Assembly (NCBI RefSeq): GCF_006345805.1
Contig: NW_021828999.1
Coordinates: 1-6,999, forward strand
DNA: 6,999 nt
Origin: Octopus sinensis
Lineage: Eukaryota
Direction of reading: 5' to 3'
Shown here: one piece after another, positions 6,143 through 6,999 of the stretch
Layout: the number at the start of each line of letters is the position of its first letter
Position numbering within the stretch: the first letter of the stretch is position 1
The notes under the pieces: model-generated
What the model saw: the letters and a program-made list of their open reading frames with translations, nothing else
Told to the model about the DNA's origin: nothing
The model's database searches: none
Translations under genes and position numbers: made by a program

Positions 6143-6554
6143 TGAAGCACTGTCAGTCTGTGTCTTATCATATAAACATTTATGCAAGAATTCCATGCCA
6201 CATGGAAAGCAGAATGGTAAAAACATAATCAATTTTATTTGCAAGAATGTGTCTCTTTATGCCACACACCTTACCATTATTAAAATTATTTCATCTCCTC
6301 TAAACGAACCAGTGGCCCCTGCAGATTCTGGTCTGTTCCCTTTTTATATCTGTCACGCTTCCGATTGGCCAAAAATGTTATGACATTTGTTTCTTTCTCT
6401 TCTGAACAACAGCTCAGCGGAATTCTCGGTCACACACTGAAGTCTTCATAATTCCAAAGACGAACATCCTCATGGCATCATCAGCTTCTCTGCAAAAGGG
6501 GTGAAAGGGATCCAGCAGAGACCTTGGAAAATATTCAGCATTCTCATCCATTGA

Positions 6555-6671
6555 AACAAACACACACACACACACACACAAACATATGTATGTGTCAATG
6601 TGTGCGCATGCATACACACACATATATATGTAGATGTATGCACATATATGTGTATGTAATGTGAACATGTG

Positions 6672-6719
<48 letters not shown>

Positions 6720-6999
6720 TACATATATATACATATATATATGTTTGTGTATATGTACACATTTACATACATATATATATCTATGTATGTATACACGATA
6801 TATTTGATACATATATATATATATAATATATATATTATATATATATATTATATATATATATATATATAATATATATACATATATACATATATATATATAT
6901 GTTTGTGTATATGTACACATTTACATACATATATATATCTATGTATGTATGTATATACACGATATATTCGATACATATATATATATATATAGATATATA
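6555..6999. repeat. Compound (CA)n/(TA)n/(TATG)n microsatellite field
   Basis: CA run at about 6559-6580, then interrupted TA/TG/CA repeats to the window end. Confidence 0.93.
6743..6990. repeat. 158-bp-period duplication within the microsatellite field
   Basis: GTTTGTGTATATGTACACATTTACATACATATATATATCTATGTATGTAT...ACACGATATATT(T/C)GATAC starts at 6743 and again at 6901. Confidence 0.88.

Noticed and set aside
6342-6368. CCAAT plus TATAAAA promoter on the minus strand
   Set aside because: Only 15 nt apart, much closer than usual, and such motifs are common by chance in AT-rich DNA; no supported downstream gene.
6455-6484. CUGAUGA-U-GCC-AUGA-GG on the minus strand as another hammerhead
   Set aside because: No GAAA follows stem II and stem I is not supported.

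Overview
AT-rich eukaryotic non-coding DNA made almost entirely of repeats. The SINE/RTE/microsatellite mix looks like an octopod cephalopod genome (inference from recalled repeat families, no search run). No intact host gene is supported; the supplied ORFs are microsatellite or transposon artefacts. Left to right: (CA)n; an AT-rich unassigned block; a tRNA-derived SINE (1207-1541); and a decayed, 5'-truncated RTE LINE 3' end (about 1582-3217, (GAT)n tail). The LINE is interrupted by an LTR-less Ty3/Gypsy RT-RNase H fragment (1756-2318) and by a second SINE with a perfect 10-bp target-site duplication (2495-2728). Next come a complete 402-bp non-autonomous Helitron (3361-3762) and two ribozyme-bearing structures. 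The first is a ~296-300-bp tandem dimer with a minimal type I hammerhead in each unit on the minus strand (retrozyme/Penelope-like). The second is a ~370-bp foldback whose arms carry mirror-image hammerhead-like motifs with a long loop II. An unclassified repeat, a short complex island and compound (TA)n microsatellites end the window. The hammerhead elements are the most interesting signal; their activity is predicted, not shown.
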